A stretch of DNA of 64,000 nt, taken from assembly GCF_003334255.1 (NCBI RefSeq), contig NZ_QOWU01000014.1. One strand, 5' to 3'. How positions within the stretch are numbered: the first letter of the stretch is position 1; each line of letters starts with the position of its first letter. The notes below the pieces were generated by a model. It was not told the origin of the DNA and ran no database searches. It saw only the letters and a program-made list of their open reading frames with translations. Shown one piece after another: positions 27,092 through 38,561 of the stretch. The DNA is from Escherichia coli. Its GTDB lineage: Bacteria > Pseudomonadota > Gammaproteobacteria > Enterobacterales > Enterobacteriaceae. A program made the position numbers and the translations under genes.

Positions 27092-28150
27092 GTGGATAAG
27101 CCATTTCGAAGAATTTTGCTCATTAAGATGCGTTTTCATGGGGATATGTTATTAACTACTCCCGTCATTAGTTCGCTGAAAAAAAATTACCCTGACGCAA
27201 AAATCGATGTGCTGCTTTATCAGGACACCATCCCGATCCTGTCTGAAAATCCAGAGATTAACGCGCTCTACGGCATAAAAAATAAAAAAGCAAAAGCCTC
27301 AGAAAAAATTGCCAACTTTTTTCATCTCATCAAGGTATTACGTGCCAATAAGTATGACCTTATCGTCAATCTTACCGATCAATGGATGGTTGCTATACTG
27401 GTTCGCTTATTAAATGCTCGTGTGAAAATTTCCCAGGATTATCATCATCGGCAGTCTGCTTTTTGGCGTAAAAGTTTCACCCATTTGGTGCCGTTGCAGG
27501 GTGGAAATGTGGTGGAAAGTAACTTATCCGTGCTGACACCATTGGGACTTGATTCGTTGGTGAAGCAGACAACCATGAGTTACCCGCCTGCAAGCTGGAA
27601 ACGTATGCGTCGCGAACTTGATCACGCTGGTGTTGGACAAAATTATGTGGTTATCCAACCTACGGCGCGGCAAATCTTCAAATGCTGGGACAACGCCAAG
27701 TTTTCCGCTGTGATTGATGCCTTACATGCTAGTGGTTATGAAGTCGTTCTGACGTCCGGCCCGGATAAAGACGATCTGGCCTGCGTCAATGAAATTGCGC
27801 AGGGATGCCAGACGCCACCAGTAACGGCGCTGGCTGGAAAGGTGACCTTCCCGGAACTTGGTGCGTTAATCGATCATGCGCAGCTGTTTATTGGCGTTGA
27901 TTCCGCACCGGCGCATATTGCCGCTGCAGTTAATACGCCGCTGATATCGCTGTTTGGTGCGACAGACCATATTTTCTGGCGTCCCTGGTCAAATAACATG
28001 ATTCAATTCTGGGCGGGAGATTACCGGGAAATGCCAACGCGCGATCAGCGTGACCGAAATGAGATGTATCTTTCGGTTATTCCGGCGGCAGATGTCATTG
28101 CTGCTGTCGATAAATTACTGCCCTTCTCCACGACAGGTACGTCGTTATGA
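27092..28150 (+). CDS. waaQ: LPS heptosyltransferase III
   Basis: 352 aa ORF from GTG; first gene after ops element; annotated start may be the internal TTG or ATG 8-12 codons in. Confidence 0.88.
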   Translation: MDKPFRRILLIKMRFHGDMLLTTPVISSLKKNYPDAKIDVLLYQDTIPILSENPEINALYGIKNKKAKASEKIANFFHLIKVLRANKYDLIVNLTDQWMVAILVRLLNARVKISQDYHHRQSAFWRKSFTHLVPLQGGNVVESNLSVLTPLGLDSLVKQTTMSYPPASWKRMRRELDHAGVGQNYVVIQPTARQIFKCWDNAKFSAVIDALHASGYEVVLTSGPDKDDLACVNEIAQGCQTPPVTALAGKVTFPELGALIDHAQLFIGVDSAPAHIAAAVNTPLISLFGATDHIFWRPWSNNMIQFWAGDYREMPTRDQRDRNEMYLSVIPAADVIAAVDKLLPFSTTGTSL

Positions 28151-29271
28151 TCGTTGCTTTTTGTTTATATAAATATTTTCCCTTTGGCGGTTTGCAGCGC
28201 GATTTTATGCGTATTGCTCAGACAGTCGCCGCCCGAGGTCATCATGTTCGGGTTTATACCCAGTCGTGGGAAGGCGAATGCCCTGATGTATTTGAACTGA
28301 TCAAAGTGCCGGTTAAATCGCATACCAATCACGGGCGCAATGCGGAGTATTTTACCTGGGTGCAAAAACATTTACGCGAACATCCCGTCGATAAAGTCGT
28401 TGGATTCAACAAAATGCCGGGGCTGGACGTTTATTATGCCGCTGATGTTTGTTATGCCGAGAAAGTAGCGCAGGAGAAAGGCTTTTTCTATCGCCTGACG
28501 TCACGTTATCGCCATTATGCCGCCTTTGAGCGGGCAACCTTCGAACAGGGCAAGCCGACACAGCTGCTGATGCTGACAGATAAGCAAATCGCCGATTTCC
28601 AGAAACATTATCAGACTGAAGCGGAGCGTTTTCATATTCTGCCACCGGGGATTTATCCTGATCGTAAATATAGCCAGCAGCCAGCCAATAGCCGTGAAAT
28701 CTTCCGTAAGAAGAATGGAATAACCGAACAACAATATTTATTGTTGCAGGTCGGTTCAGACTTCACGCGTAAAGGTGTCGATCGTTCCATTGAAGCACTT
28801 GCTTCTTTACCGGATTCGCTGCGCCACAACACATTGCTATATGTTGTTGGGCAGGATAAACCGCGAAAATTTGAGGCGCTGGCAGAAAAACGCGGCGTGC
28901 GCAGTAATGTTCACTTCTTCTCGGGGCGCAATGATGTCTCGGAATTAATGGCGGCGGCGGATTTATTACTGCATCCTGCCTACCAGGAAGCGGCGGGAAT
29001 TGTGCTGCTGGAAGCGATTACTGCAGGATTACCGGTACTAACAACAGCCGTTTGTGGCTATGCGCCTTATATTGTCGAGGCCAATTGCGGCGAGGCTATT
29101 GCTGAGCCATTCCGCCAGGAAACATTGAATGAGATTTTACGCAAAGCGTTAACGCAATCTTCATTGCGCCAGGCCTGGGCGGAAAATGCGCGACATTATG
29201 CTGATACACAAGATTTATACAGTCTGCCAGAGAAAGCGGCGGATATCATAACGGGTGGTCTGGATGGTTGA
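28147..29271 (+). CDS. waaG: LPS core glucosyltransferase I (GT4)
   Basis: 374 aa ORF; 4 nt overlap with waaQ stop. Confidence 0.95.
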   Translation: MIVAFCLYKYFPFGGLQRDFMRIAQTVAARGHHVRVYTQSWEGECPDVFELIKVPVKSHTNHGRNAEYFTWVQKHLREHPVDKVVGFNKMPGLDVYYAADVCYAEKVAQEKGFFYRLTSRYRHYAAFERATFEQGKPTQLLMLTDKQIADFQKHYQTEAERFHILPPGIYPDRKYSQQPANSREIFRKKNGITEQQYLLLQVGSDFTRKGVDRSIEALASLPDSLRHNTLLYVVGQDKPRKFEALAEKRGVRSNVHFFSGRNDVSELMAAADLLLHPAYQEAAGIVLLEAITAGLPVLTTAVCGYAPYIVEANCGEAIAEPFRQETLNEILRKALTQSSLRQAWAENARHYADTQDLYSLPEKAADIITGGLDG

Positions 29272-30061
29272 ACTTAAAGAGCCGTTTGCCACGTTATGGC
29301 GCGGTAAAGATCCTTTTGAGGAAGTTAAAACCTTGCAGGGTGAGATATTTCGTGAACTGGAAACTCGCCGTACTCTGCGCTTTGAAATGGCGGGAAAAAG
29401 CTATTTTCTCAAATGGCATCGCGGCACGACCCTGAAAGAGATAATCAAAAATTTACTCTCATTGCGGATGCCAGTATTAGGCGCAGACCGCGAATGGAAT
29501 GCGATTCATCGACTGCGGGATGTCGGCGTTGATACTATGTATGGGGTGGCATTCGGCGAAAAAGGCATGAATCCGCTGACCAGAACCTCGTTTATTATTA
29601 CCGAAGATCTGACACCAACCATAAGTCTGGAAGATTACTGTGCTGACTGGGCGACCAACCCACCAGATGTTCGCGTAAAGCGTATGCTTATTAAGCGTGT
29701 CGCGACGATGGTGCGCGATATGCATGCTGCGGGCATTAATCACCGTGACTGTTATATCTGTCATTTCCTGCTGCACTTGCCTTTTTCCGGTAAGGAAGAG
29801 GAGTTAAAAATTTCGGTAATTGACCTGCACCGGGCGCAGCTTCGCACGCGCGTTCCACGTCGTTGGCGCGATAAAGATCTTATTGGACTTTATTTTTCTT
29901 CGATGAATATTGGCCTGACTCAGCGGGATATCTGGCGGTTTATGAAGGTGTATTTTGCCGCTCCGCTTAAAGACATTCTCAAGCAGGAACAAGGACTGCT
30001 GTTGCAAGCAGAAGCAAAAGCCACAAAAATCAGGGAAAGAACGATTCGAAAATCGTTGTAA
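29264..30061 (+). CDS. waaP: LPS core heptose(I) kinase
   Basis: ORF 29255..30061; start trimmed to [14 protein letters not shown] (265 aa); overlaps waaG 3' end. Confidence 0.93.
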   Translation: MVELKEPFATLWRGKDPFEEVKTLQGEIFRELETRRTLRFEMAGKSYFLKWHRGTTLKEIIKNLLSLRMPVLGADREWNAIHRLRDVGVDTMYGVAFGEKGMNPLTRTSFIITEDLTPTISLEDYCADWATNPPDVRVKRMLIKRVATMVRDMHAAGINHRDCYICHFLLHLPFSGKEEELKISVIDLHRAQLRTRVPRRWRDKDLIGLYFSSMNIGLTQRDIWRFMKVYFAAPLKDILKQEQGLLLQAEAKATKIRERTIRKSL

Positions 30062-30103
30062 CCCGTAACTTATTTTTGCCAAAATTTTGGATACAGAATA
30101 AAT

Positions 30104-31111
30104 ATGTCTCAACTCAATGATAGTGACATCATCCTTTTTGAGTATAATTTTCATTATCAAAATATAAGATCTAAAAATACTCTTGATATAGCATTTGGTA
30201 TTGACAGAAATTTTCTTTTTGGATGTGGTGTAGCCATCGCATCTATTCTATTAAACAATAGAGAAATCTCTTGTGAATTTCATGTTTTCACAGATTATAT
30301 CAGTGATAAAGACAAATTATATTTTTCTGATTTAGCAAAACAATATAATTCAAGAATTAATATTTATGTTATCAATTGTGATAAGCTGAAGTCATTACCA
30401 AGCACGAAAAACTGGACTTACGCAACATATTTTCGATTTATAATTGCAGATTATTTCTATCATAAACATGAAAAAATACTATATCTTGATGCAGATATTG
30501 CTTGCAAGGGTAGTATTAAAGAACTCTTAGATTATCAATTTTCTACTAATGAAATTGCCGCAGTTGTAGCTGAAAGAGATGTTGAATGGTGGCAAAATCG
30601 AGCCTCGGTATTAACTACACCACAGTTAGCTTCTGGATATTTCAATGCTGGTTTTTTACTGATAAATATTGATGAGTGGAATCTAAATAACATTTCGTCA
30701 AAAGCTATTGAAATGTTGCGTGACCCAGATTGGGTAAGTAAAATCACCCACCTTGATCAAGATGTACTGAATGTATTATTGAATGGTAAAGTGAAGTTTA
30801 TTTCGGAGAAATATAATACCCGATATAGTATTAACTATGAATTAAAAGACAAAGTTGATAATCCAGTCAATGATGACACCGTGTTTATACACTATGTGGG
30901 ACCTACAAAACCCTGGCATGAGTGGGCTGACTATCCGGTGTCACGTAGTTTTTTGATCGCCAAAGCAGCTTCTCCGTGGAGTAAAGAAGATTTACTTAAA
31001 CCTGTAAATAGCAATCAGTATCGGTATTGTGCAAAACATAAATTTAAACAAAAGCATTATATGGCAGGCATTTTTAATTATTTAAAGTATTATAAAGAAA
31101 AATGCTTCTAA
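30104..31111 (+). CDS. waaI: GT8-family LPS outer-core hexosyltransferase (R3-type WaaI-like)
   Basis: 335 aa ORF, low GC; GT8 features (DxD region LYLDADI, C-terminal HYxGxxKPW-like motif); position after waaP. Confidence 0.65.
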   Translation: MSQLNDSDIILFEYNFHYQNIRSKNTLDIAFGIDRNFLFGCGVAIASILLNNREISCEFHVFTDYISDKDKLYFSDLAKQYNSRINIYVINCDKLKSLPSTKNWTYATYFRFIIADYFYHKHEKILYLDADIACKGSIKELLDYQFSTNEIAAVVAERDVEWWQNRASVLTTPQLASGYFNAGFLLINIDEWNLNNISSKAIEMLRDPDWVSKITHLDQDVLNVLLNGKVKFISEKYNTRYSINYELKDKVDNPVNDDTVFIHYVGPTKPWHEWADYPVSRSFLIAKAASPWSKEDLLKPVNSNQYRYCAKHKFKQKHYMAGIFNYLKYYKEKCF

Positions 31112-31136
31112 AGATTTAAGGTTAAAATAATTCATT

Positions 31137-31844
31137 ATGATATATAATAAAACGATAAATGGGTTGAAAGTTTTCATAAAAGATAATGATCCCTTTTATG
31201 AGCAAGTTCTAAATGACTTTTTAACTTGCAGGGTTAAAACATTAAAAGTTTTTCGTTCTATTGATGATACTAAAGTCATTCTTATTGACACTGCTCGTGG
31301 ACCTCTTGTACTTAAAGTTTATGCGCCAAAGCATAAAATGACCGAACGTTTCTTAAAATCTTGCATAAAAAAAGATTATTATGAAAATTTAATTTATCAA
31401 ACCGATCGGGTACGTGGTGAAGGCATCCAATCAATTAATGACTATTTTTTGCTAGCTGAACGTAAAACATTAAATTTCGCTCATTATTATATTATGCTCA
31501 TTGAGTATATTGAAGGTGTCGGGTTAAATGAGTATTTGGAAATTTCTGAAGATCTGAAGGATCAATTATCAGAATCGATAAAAGAGTTGCATCAGCATGG
31601 AATGGTGTCTGGCGATCCTCATAAAGGAAATTTTATAGTATCCGAAAAAGGTTTAAGACTAATTGACCTTTCAGGTAAAAAAACAACCGCTGTTTTAAAA
31701 GCAAAAGATCGCATTGATCTTGAACGGCACTATAATATAAAAAATGAATTGAAAGACTTTGGCTATACATATCTTATATTCAAAAAGAAAATTAAAAAAG
31801 TAATCAGGGATGTAAAAGTCAAACTAGGATTGAAGAGCAAATAA
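31137..31844 (+). CDS. waaY: LPS core heptose(II) kinase
   Basis: 235 aa low-GC ORF, kinase-like; position between two GT8 genes. Confidence 0.75.
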   Translation: MIYNKTINGLKVFIKDNDPFYEQVLNDFLTCRVKTLKVFRSIDDTKVILIDTARGPLVLKVYAPKHKMTERFLKSCIKKDYYENLIYQTDRVRGEGIQSINDYFLLAERKTLNFAHYYIMLIEYIEGVGLNEYLEISEDLKDQLSESIKELHQHGMVSGDPHKGNFIVSEKGLRLIDLSGKKTTAVLKAKDRIDLERHYNIKNELKDFGYTYLIFKKKIKKVIRDVKVKLGLKSK

Positions 31845-31868
31845 TGATTATGATGAAGGGTAATTAAA

Positions 31869-32882
31869 TTGGATTTTAAACATCTTACTCAATTTAAAGA
31901 TATAATTGAACTGGACAAGCGCCCCGTTAAACTTGATGAACGGGAAACGTTTAATGTCTCATGGGGTATTGATGAGAACTACCAGGTTGGGGCTGCGATT
32001 TCAATTGCTTCAATTCTTGAAAATAATAAACAAAACAAATTTACCTTTCACATAATCGCTGATTACTTAGACAAAGAGTATATTGAATTATTATCACAAT
32101 TAGCAACGAAGTATCAAACAGTAATTAAATTATATCATATTGATTCTGAGCCATTGAAGGCGCTACCTCAATCAAATATCTGGCCAGTATCTATTTATTA
32201 TCGTTTGCTTTCATTTGATTATTTTTCTGCGCGATTGGATTCATTATTATATCTTGATGCTGATATCGTCTGTAAGGGTTCATTGAACGAGTTAATAGCA
32301 TTAGAGTTTAAAGATGAATATGGGGCAGTGGTAATTGATGTAGATGCTATGCAAAGTAAAAGCGCTGAGCGTTTGTGTAATGAGGATTTTAACGGTAGCT
32401 ATTTTAACTCTGGTGTAATGTATATTAATTTACGGGAATGGTTAAAACAAAGACTAACGGAAAAATTCTTTGATCTATTATCAGATGAGTCAATTATAAA
32501 AAAATTAAAGTACCCGGATCAAGATATTTTAAACTTAATGTTTCTACATCATGCTAAAATATTACCGAGAAAATATAATTGTATTTATACTATAAAGTCA
32601 GAATTTGAAGAAAAAAATAGTGAATATTACACCCGGTTTATTAATGATGACACTGTCTTCATACATTATACTGGTATAACTAAGCCATGGCATGATTGGG
32701 CGAACTACGCCTCTGCAGATTATTTTCGTAATATTTATAATATATCACCATGGAGAAATATACCTTATAAAAAAGCTGTTAAAAAACATGAGTACAAAGA
32801 AAAATATAAACACTTGCTTTACCAGAAAAAATTTCTCGATGGTGTTTTTACAGCAATTAAATATAATGTTATGAAAGGTTAA
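31869..32882 (+). CDS. waaJ: GT8-family LPS outer-core glycosyltransferase (WaaJ-like)
   Basis: 337 aa ORF, paralogous to 30104..31111 (LYLDADIVCKGS, FIHYTGxTKPWH). Confidence 0.65.
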   Translation: MDFKHLTQFKDIIELDKRPVKLDERETFNVSWGIDENYQVGAAISIASILENNKQNKFTFHIIADYLDKEYIELLSQLATKYQTVIKLYHIDSEPLKALPQSNIWPVSIYYRLLSFDYFSARLDSLLYLDADIVCKGSLNELIALEFKDEYGAVVIDVDAMQSKSAERLCNEDFNGSYFNSGVMYINLREWLKQRLTEKFFDLLSDESIIKKLKYPDQDILNLMFLHHAKILPRKYNCIYTIKSEFEEKNSEYYTRFINDDTVFIHYTGITKPWHDWANYASADYFRNIYNISPWRNIPYKKAVKKHEYKEKYKHLLYQKKFLDGVFTAIKYNVMKG

Positions 32883-32890
32883 TATACGAG

Positions 32891-34033
32891 ATGGTTGATA
32901 AAATAATATTTACGGTTACTCCTATTTTTTCAATTCCTCCTCGCGGAGCGGCTGCTGTTGAAACGTGGATGTATCAGGTTGCTCAGCGTACCAATTTTCC
33001 AAATCGTATTGTTTGTATCAAAAATCCAGGATACTCAAATTACACCTTTGTTAATGATAATTGTAGTATTCATAGGGTTGGATTCAGTCGCATATATAAG
33101 CGGTTATTTCAAAAATGGACAAGACTTGATCCTCTTCCATATTCACAGAGAATATTGAATATTGCACATGATTTTCCTATAACGAAAGAAAGTGTTATTG
33201 TAGTTCATAATAGCATGAAGCTATACACTCAAATTCGTAAGCGAGCTCCTCAGGCAAGAGTGGTTATACATATGCATAATGCATTTGAACCAAAATTGCT
33301 TGAGCAAAATGTTAAAATGATAGTGCCTAGTTTATACTTGAAAAAGTATTACCAATCTTATTTAGCAAATGCAGATATTGAGATTGTACCAAATGGAATT
33401 GATTTAGAAACCTATCAATCTAATTTTCAGCCGATCACTAGAAGCGAACTTAATATCTCCCCTGAAGAGAAAATTATTTTTTATGCTGGGCGTATCGTCC
33501 CTGACAAAGGCATATTGCTGTTGATGCAATCATTCGAAAAATTGGCCGCTGCTCACAAAAATTTAAAATTAGTTGTGATTGGTGATTATACAGAAATGAG
33601 TAAAAGTGACAAAGGTGCATATCAACGCAATGTCAGGGAAATTGCAAAACGTTTGAAGGATCGTTGCATTATGTTAGGAAGCATACCGCCTGAAAAGATG
33701 CATTGTTATTACCCACTGGCAGATTTAGTCGTCATTCCTTCCCAGTTCCAGGAACCATTTTGCATGGTGGCAATTGAAGCTATGGGTGCTGGTAAGCCTG
33801 TTTTAGTGAGTACGCGTGGGGGGATGACGGAATTTGTCAAAGAAAATACTACGGGATTCCATTTAAAAGAACCTATGACTGCAGACTCCATAAGCAGCGA
33901 TATTTTAAAAACGTTAGCGAATCCTGAATTAACAGCAGTTGCAAAGCAAGGTCAGGACTTTGTGTTTGATCACTACAGTTGGGATGGCGTAACTCAAAGA
34001 TTCGAAGAGGTTATTCATAATTGGTTTGAATAA
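32891..34033 (+). CDS. waaD: GT4-family glycosyltransferase, terminal outer-core transferase (R3 WaaD-like)
   Basis: 380 aa low-GC ORF with GT4 C-terminal motifs (EPFCMVAIEAMGAGKPV); last gene before convergent waaL. Confidence 0.55.
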   Translation: MVDKIIFTVTPIFSIPPRGAAAVETWMYQVAQRTNFPNRIVCIKNPGYSNYTFVNDNCSIHRVGFSRIYKRLFQKWTRLDPLPYSQRILNIAHDFPITKESVIVVHNSMKLYTQIRKRAPQARVVIHMHNAFEPKLLEQNVKMIVPSLYLKKYYQSYLANADIEIVPNGIDLETYQSNFQPITRSELNISPEEKIIFYAGRIVPDKGILLLMQSFEKLAAAHKNLKLVVIGDYTEMSKSDKGAYQRNVREIAKRLKDRCIMLGSIPPEKMHCYYPLADLVVIPSQFQEPFCMVAIEAMGAGKPVLVSTRGGMTEFVKENTTGFHLKEPMTADSISSDILKTLANPELTAVAKQGQDFVFDHYSWDGVTQRFEEVIHNWFE

Positions 34034-34035
34034 AT

Positions 34036-34066
34036 AAAAAGGCCGCATTATGCAGCCTTTTTTATT
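34036..34066. terminator. bidirectional terminator between convergent waaD and waaL
   Basis: A-run, hairpin ggccgcattatgcagcc, T-run. Confidence 0.65.
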
Positions 34067-34068
34067 TT

Positions 34069-35277
34069 TTACTTGTTTTTCATCGCTAATAATAAGCCGG
34101 CGTAAACGCCTAATAAATTTGGTTCAATTTGTTCTACGTTTCCACGGATAACAAAATAACCTATAAAAGATAGTAAGATTATATAATATGCATTATATGG
34201 TGAGCGATATTTATTCTTGACGCCATTTTTTATACACTCTTTCAATATTGCACAGTATAGCATCATAAGACTTACCAGCCCTAATAAACCAGTGCCAAAC
34301 CAGATGAATAGCGCAAAATTATGTGGCCCTATTGATTGTCTAAAGGTCCATTCTGGATAATCAATGACACGTTTATTATAGACATCTTTATATGCAACGT
34401 TACCGTAACCATAACCAATAACAGGATTTTCTAATATTAGATCGAGTGCGCTGCCTTGAGTACCATTTGCATAGCGATAAGAACTATTAGTTTGTTGAAG
34501 TTTATACGTTAGCTTTGCGGTCATCTCCTTATGTGTGAAAATAACCGACAATGCAATGATGGCAACCATTACTCCTACTAATAGTAACTTCCATTGTTTA
34601 AACATCAGAATCCATATTAATCCAATGACTAACACGGAAAGCCAGGCCCCTCTGGATAAAGTTCCTAATATCAGAAAAATAAAAATAACGCTTAGAACCA
34701 CAAAAGAAATGCGGTATTTTGCTGATTTGATAAGCCAGAGATTTAACAATGCAGGGAATAAAAAGACCATCGAGTCAGAAATGCTACGGTGTCTATAATC
34801 TGCGAATGGCATTATCCCTTGTTGATAGTCCTTATAATAGGTAATCAATTCAGAAAAACAGCGTAAGCCCAACGCACTAATAAATGAGAAGAAAACGATT
34901 TTTTCGACATCTTCTCTTTTCTCGTCTCTCAATATGATCGGTATTGCTATTGTGCATAGTAAAGTATTCTCAATAATAGCTTTGAAAATTTCCTTCATGC
35001 TAGCACCTGCATCAGGGGATTGAAGAAGTGACAGCAATGCAGCAATAGTTAATATGGCAACACTACCAAAAAGAAATGTTTTAAATAGTGAGAGATAGTG
35101 TTTTGGCCGTTTGCAGAGATAGACGATTGTCGTTATTGTCATAAGAATAACAATAAGATGTTTATACCTTGTAATCCCACCCAAAAAATAGGTGGTAATG
35201 AATAAGAATACGAGAGCTCTGTTCCAGTACGCTATCCAGTTTTTTTTCTCGAGAGAGAAAAATAATGTTGAGGTCAT
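34069..35277 (-). CDS. waaL: O-antigen ligase
   Basis: 402 aa polytopic membrane ORF, low GC; immediately downstream of waaC with ATGA-type overlap. Confidence 0.85.
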   Translation of the reverse strand: MTSTLFFSLEKKNWIAYWNRALVFLFITTYFLGGITRYKHLIVILMTITTIVYLCKRPKHYLSLFKTFLFGSVAILTIAALLSLLQSPDAGASMKEIFKAIIENTLLCTIAIPIILRDEKREDVEKIVFFSFISALGLRCFSELITYYKDYQQGIMPFADYRHRSISDSMVFLFPALLNLWLIKSAKYRISFVVLSVIFIFLILGTLSRGAWLSVLVIGLIWILMFKQWKLLLVGVMVAIIALSVIFTHKEMTAKLTYKLQQTNSSYRYANGTQGSALDLILENPVIGYGYGNVAYKDVYNKRVIDYPEWTFRQSIGPHNFALFIWFGTGLLGLVSLMMLYCAILKECIKNGVKNKYRSPYNAYYIILLSFIGYFVIRGNVEQIEPNLLGVYAGLLLAMKNK

Positions 35278-36266
35278 CTTATCTCCGATGTCAACTTATT
35301 GGTTATTATTTCAAGATTTAAATTTTGAAAAACGGTTTGAGCTGGCAAATCTGCAAGAGACATACTTGTAGAACGACACTCTACTTGATTCTTCCCATAC
35401 CCACCAATTAATCCCGGATCGGTTGGTCCATAAACCGTGATATTGGGTCTATCCAGTGCCGCCGTTAAATGGCTTAACCCCGTATCCACCGACACTACAA
35501 ATTTAGCCCCGGCCAGCACGCGGGCAACGCCTTCCAGACTCATCTTCGGCAATACTTCAACATAAGCAAATCCTTCCGCCAGTCGTTTCGCCCGTTCTTC
35601 CTCATGCGGCGCGCCCCACGGAAGTTTAATCCGTATTCCTGAATCAGCCAGTAAACCAATCAATTCTCGCCAGTGTTCTTCCGGCCAGTGTTTATCATCA
35701 CGGGTCGTCGCATGAAGAAATACGGCATATTCGCCAGCATCTGTAGGCAGGTTCGTCAGAAAATGCTGTGCGATAGCATAATCGCCCTGGGTTTGCGGTT
35801 TGCTATAGCCCAAACTTTTGGCAAACAGTTCGCGGGTGCGTTCTACGGCGTGCTGCTGTTTTGCAATATGATGCTTACGATTGTAAAACAGGCTGGCTAA
35901 AGGTTCGCGAGCGGTTTGCCAGTCCATGCCATGCTTTACGCCATGCGCCAGACGCGTCACCAGCGCCGCGCTTTTTACCAGCCCCTGAGCGTCGATAACT
36001 GCGTCATAGTTCTCTGCTTGTAGCGCTTCACGAAACGCTTTGCGTTCCGCTTTTATGGGGGCCGAGAACCAGGCTTTACGCCAGCGACGTATTGCCACAG
36101 GAATAACTCGCTCAACGGCAGCGTGCCAGGAAGGAATCTGTGCGAACCCTTCTTCCACCACCCAGTCAAACTTAATCCCTGGGATTGCCTGCTGGGCATC
36201 AGTGAGTGCGGGCAACGTATGGAGAACATCGCCCATCGACGATGTTTTAACGATCAAAACCCGCAT
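35274..36266 (-). CDS. waaC: LPS heptosyltransferase I
   Basis: 330 aa ORF MRVLIVKTSSMGDVLHTLPALTDA... Confidence 0.95.
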   Translation of the reverse strand: MRVLIVKTSSMGDVLHTLPALTDAQQAIPGIKFDWVVEEGFAQIPSWHAAVERVIPVAIRRWRKAWFSAPIKAERKAFREALQAENYDAVIDAQGLVKSAALVTRLAHGVKHGMDWQTAREPLASLFYNRKHHIAKQQHAVERTRELFAKSLGYSKPQTQGDYAIAQHFLTNLPTDAGEYAVFLHATTRDDKHWPEEHWRELIGLLADSGIRIKLPWGAPHEEERAKRLAEGFAYVEVLPKMSLEGVARVLAGAKFVVSVDTGLSHLTAALDRPNITVYGPTDPGLIGGYGKNQVECRSTSMSLADLPAQTVFQNLNLEIITNKLTSEIR

Positions 36267-36269
36267 CCG

Positions 36270-37316
36270 TCAGGCTTCCTCTTGTAACAATAGCGCGTTG
36301 AGTTCTTCCAGTACGCGCTGGGGAGTAATGTCGATTAAGCTCTGGTGATAACCCTCCGCAGCGTCACCTTTACGCACTTTGTGATAGCCGGTAATCAAAC
36401 GGATCACGCGCGCTTTATGGGATAGCGGCGGTGTGAAGTCCGGGCTACTCGGACCATACAGGGCAACCAGCGGACGATTGAGCGCCGCCGCAACATGCAT
36501 CAGGCCAGAATCGTTAGTGACAATGGCTTTACAGGCTGCAATCAGGATAACCGCTTGATCAAGCTGTGTTTCCCCCGCCAGGTTCCGACACCATGCCTGC
36601 TGCTCGGTATTCAAAGCGGCAAGAATCTCATTGCCCGCTTCATGATCTTTCGCCGAGCCAAACAGAACCACCTGATAACCTTCATCAATCAGCTGCTTTG
36701 CCAGCTCCGCATAGTGGTAGTGTGGCCAGCGTTTTGCCGGACCAAACTCCGCACCCGGGCAAAAACCAATCATCGGACGTTCTGATGAAAGCGAAAATTG
36801 ATTACAGGTATATGATTTTTCACCTTCGCTCACCTGCAACTGCGGCCATAACAATGGCTGCGGCAGATCTTGTGCTGTGCGCATAATGCCTTTGTCATAG
36901 GCCAGCGCTATATAGCGTTCCACCATTAGCGGCCAGGCTTCTTTATCGAGCACGCGTACATCGTTGAGTAAACCGTAGCGCATCTCGCCGCGCCAGCCGG
37001 TGCGATGAGGAATACCCGCGAAGAAAGGCACTAATGCAGATTTGAAGGAGTTGGGTAAGACGTAGGCGCGGTCGTAGCGCTTTTCACGCAGGCTATGACC
37101 CAGTTTGCGGCGTTCGCCGATTTCCAGCGCTCCGTGACCGAGAGGCATAGGAATAGCTTCGTTAACTTCCGGCATCCGCGATAATAATGGACGGCACCAT
37201 GCCGGTGCCATCACATCGATTATCGCCTGGGGATAGCGCGCCTGGAGCGTGCGATAGAGACTTTGCGACATCATCATGTCGCCAACCCAAGACGGGCCGA
37301 TCACCAGTATTTTCAT
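36270..37316 (-). CDS. waaF: LPS heptosyltransferase II
   Basis: 348 aa ORF MKILVIGPSWVGDMMMSQSLYRTLQ... Confidence 0.95.
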   Translation of the reverse strand: MKILVIGPSWVGDMMMSQSLYRTLQARYPQAIIDVMAPAWCRPLLSRMPEVNEAIPMPLGHGALEIGERRKLGHSLREKRYDRAYVLPNSFKSALVPFFAGIPHRTGWRGEMRYGLLNDVRVLDKEAWPLMVERYIALAYDKGIMRTAQDLPQPLLWPQLQVSEGEKSYTCNQFSLSSERPMIGFCPGAEFGPAKRWPHYHYAELAKQLIDEGYQVVLFGSAKDHEAGNEILAALNTEQQAWCRNLAGETQLDQAVILIAACKAIVTNDSGLMHVAAALNRPLVALYGPSSPDFTPPLSHKARVIRLITGYHKVRKGDAAEGYHQSLIDITPQRVLEELNALLLQEEA

Positions 37317-37325
37317 GCAGAGCTC

Positions 37326-38258
37326 TTATGCGTCGCGATTCAGCCAGGCCATGTATTCCGTTACACCTTCAGCAACGGTTTTGAACGGTTTGTCGTAACC
37401 CGCCGCGCGCAGATTCGTCAGATCTGCCTGAGTGAACGCCTGATAGCGGCCTTTCAGTTTATCCGGGAACGGAATGTATTCGATCTGGCCTTTCTTGTGA
37501 TAAGCCAGCGTAGCATCAGCTACCGCCTGGAAGGATTCCGCACGACCAGTACCGAGATTGAAGATGCCGGAAACGCCATTTTCCAGGAACCACAGATTCA
37601 CATCAGCCACGTCGCCCACATAGACGAAGTCGCGTTTGAAGTTCTCGCTACCTTCAAACAGCTTCGGTGATTCACCGTTGTTAAGCTGGGTGTTGAGATG
37701 GAAAGCGACGCTCGCCATGCTGCCTTTATGGCCTTCACGCGGTCCATAAACGTTGAAATAACGGAAGCCAACAATCTGCGAGTTCGCTTCAGGCAGGATT
37801 TGACGAACATATTCATCAAACAGGAATTTTGAGTAACCGTAGACGTTCAACGGTTTTTCGTACTCGCGGGATTCAATAAAGTCGGAGGTGCGTCCGCCGT
37901 AGGTGGCTGCGGAAGAAGCGTACAGGAACGGGATTTCACGCTCCAGGCAGTAGTGCAGCAGCTCCTTGGAGTATTGATAGTTGTTATCCATCATATACTT
38001 GCCGTCCCACTCGGTGGTGGAAGAGCACGCGCCTTCGTGGAAAATCGCTTCGACATCGCCGAACTCTTCGCCAGCCATAATCTGGATCAGGAAGTCTTCC
38101 TTATCCATATAGTCTGCGATATTCAGATCCACCAGGTTCACAAACTTGGTGCCGTCTTTCAGGTTGTCCACCACCAGAATATCGGTGATGCCTTTATCAT
38201 TCAGGGCTTTAACGATGTTGCTGCCGATAAAGCCCGCGCCGCCGGTAACGATGATCAT
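37326..38258 (-). CDS. hldD: ADP-L-glycero-D-manno-heptose 6-epimerase
   Basis: 310 aa [22 protein letters not shown] (Rossmann fold). Confidence 0.97.
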
Positions 38259-38561
38259 AACTGTAACCTTCGAATTATGGAGTCAGAGACAATCTCAGAC
38301 ACGAATGTCTGTAATCATACCATCACATCCGAATCCCTTCAGCCCTTTACATAGAGGTGCAAGGATGCTAATTGCAACAAACTAGTTTGGGTTTTAGCTA
38401 GTCCTTCATGGCGGATGTTGGTTTTGCATGTGAATAGTGCTTTAGTATCAATATTCCGATGTATGATAAATAACGGAAGCATTTGAATGGATAATATACA
38501 GTATACATTCTATTAATATTTATGATATAATTCTTTTTTTATATTAATGGTCTTATTAGTA

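Noticed and set aside
38259-38561. AT-rich hldD-htrL divergent region and low-GC htrL as a possible foreign insertion
   Set aside because: htrL (yibB) sits at this position in E. coli generally and there are no insertion scars; treated as the normal low-GC periphery of the waa cluster.
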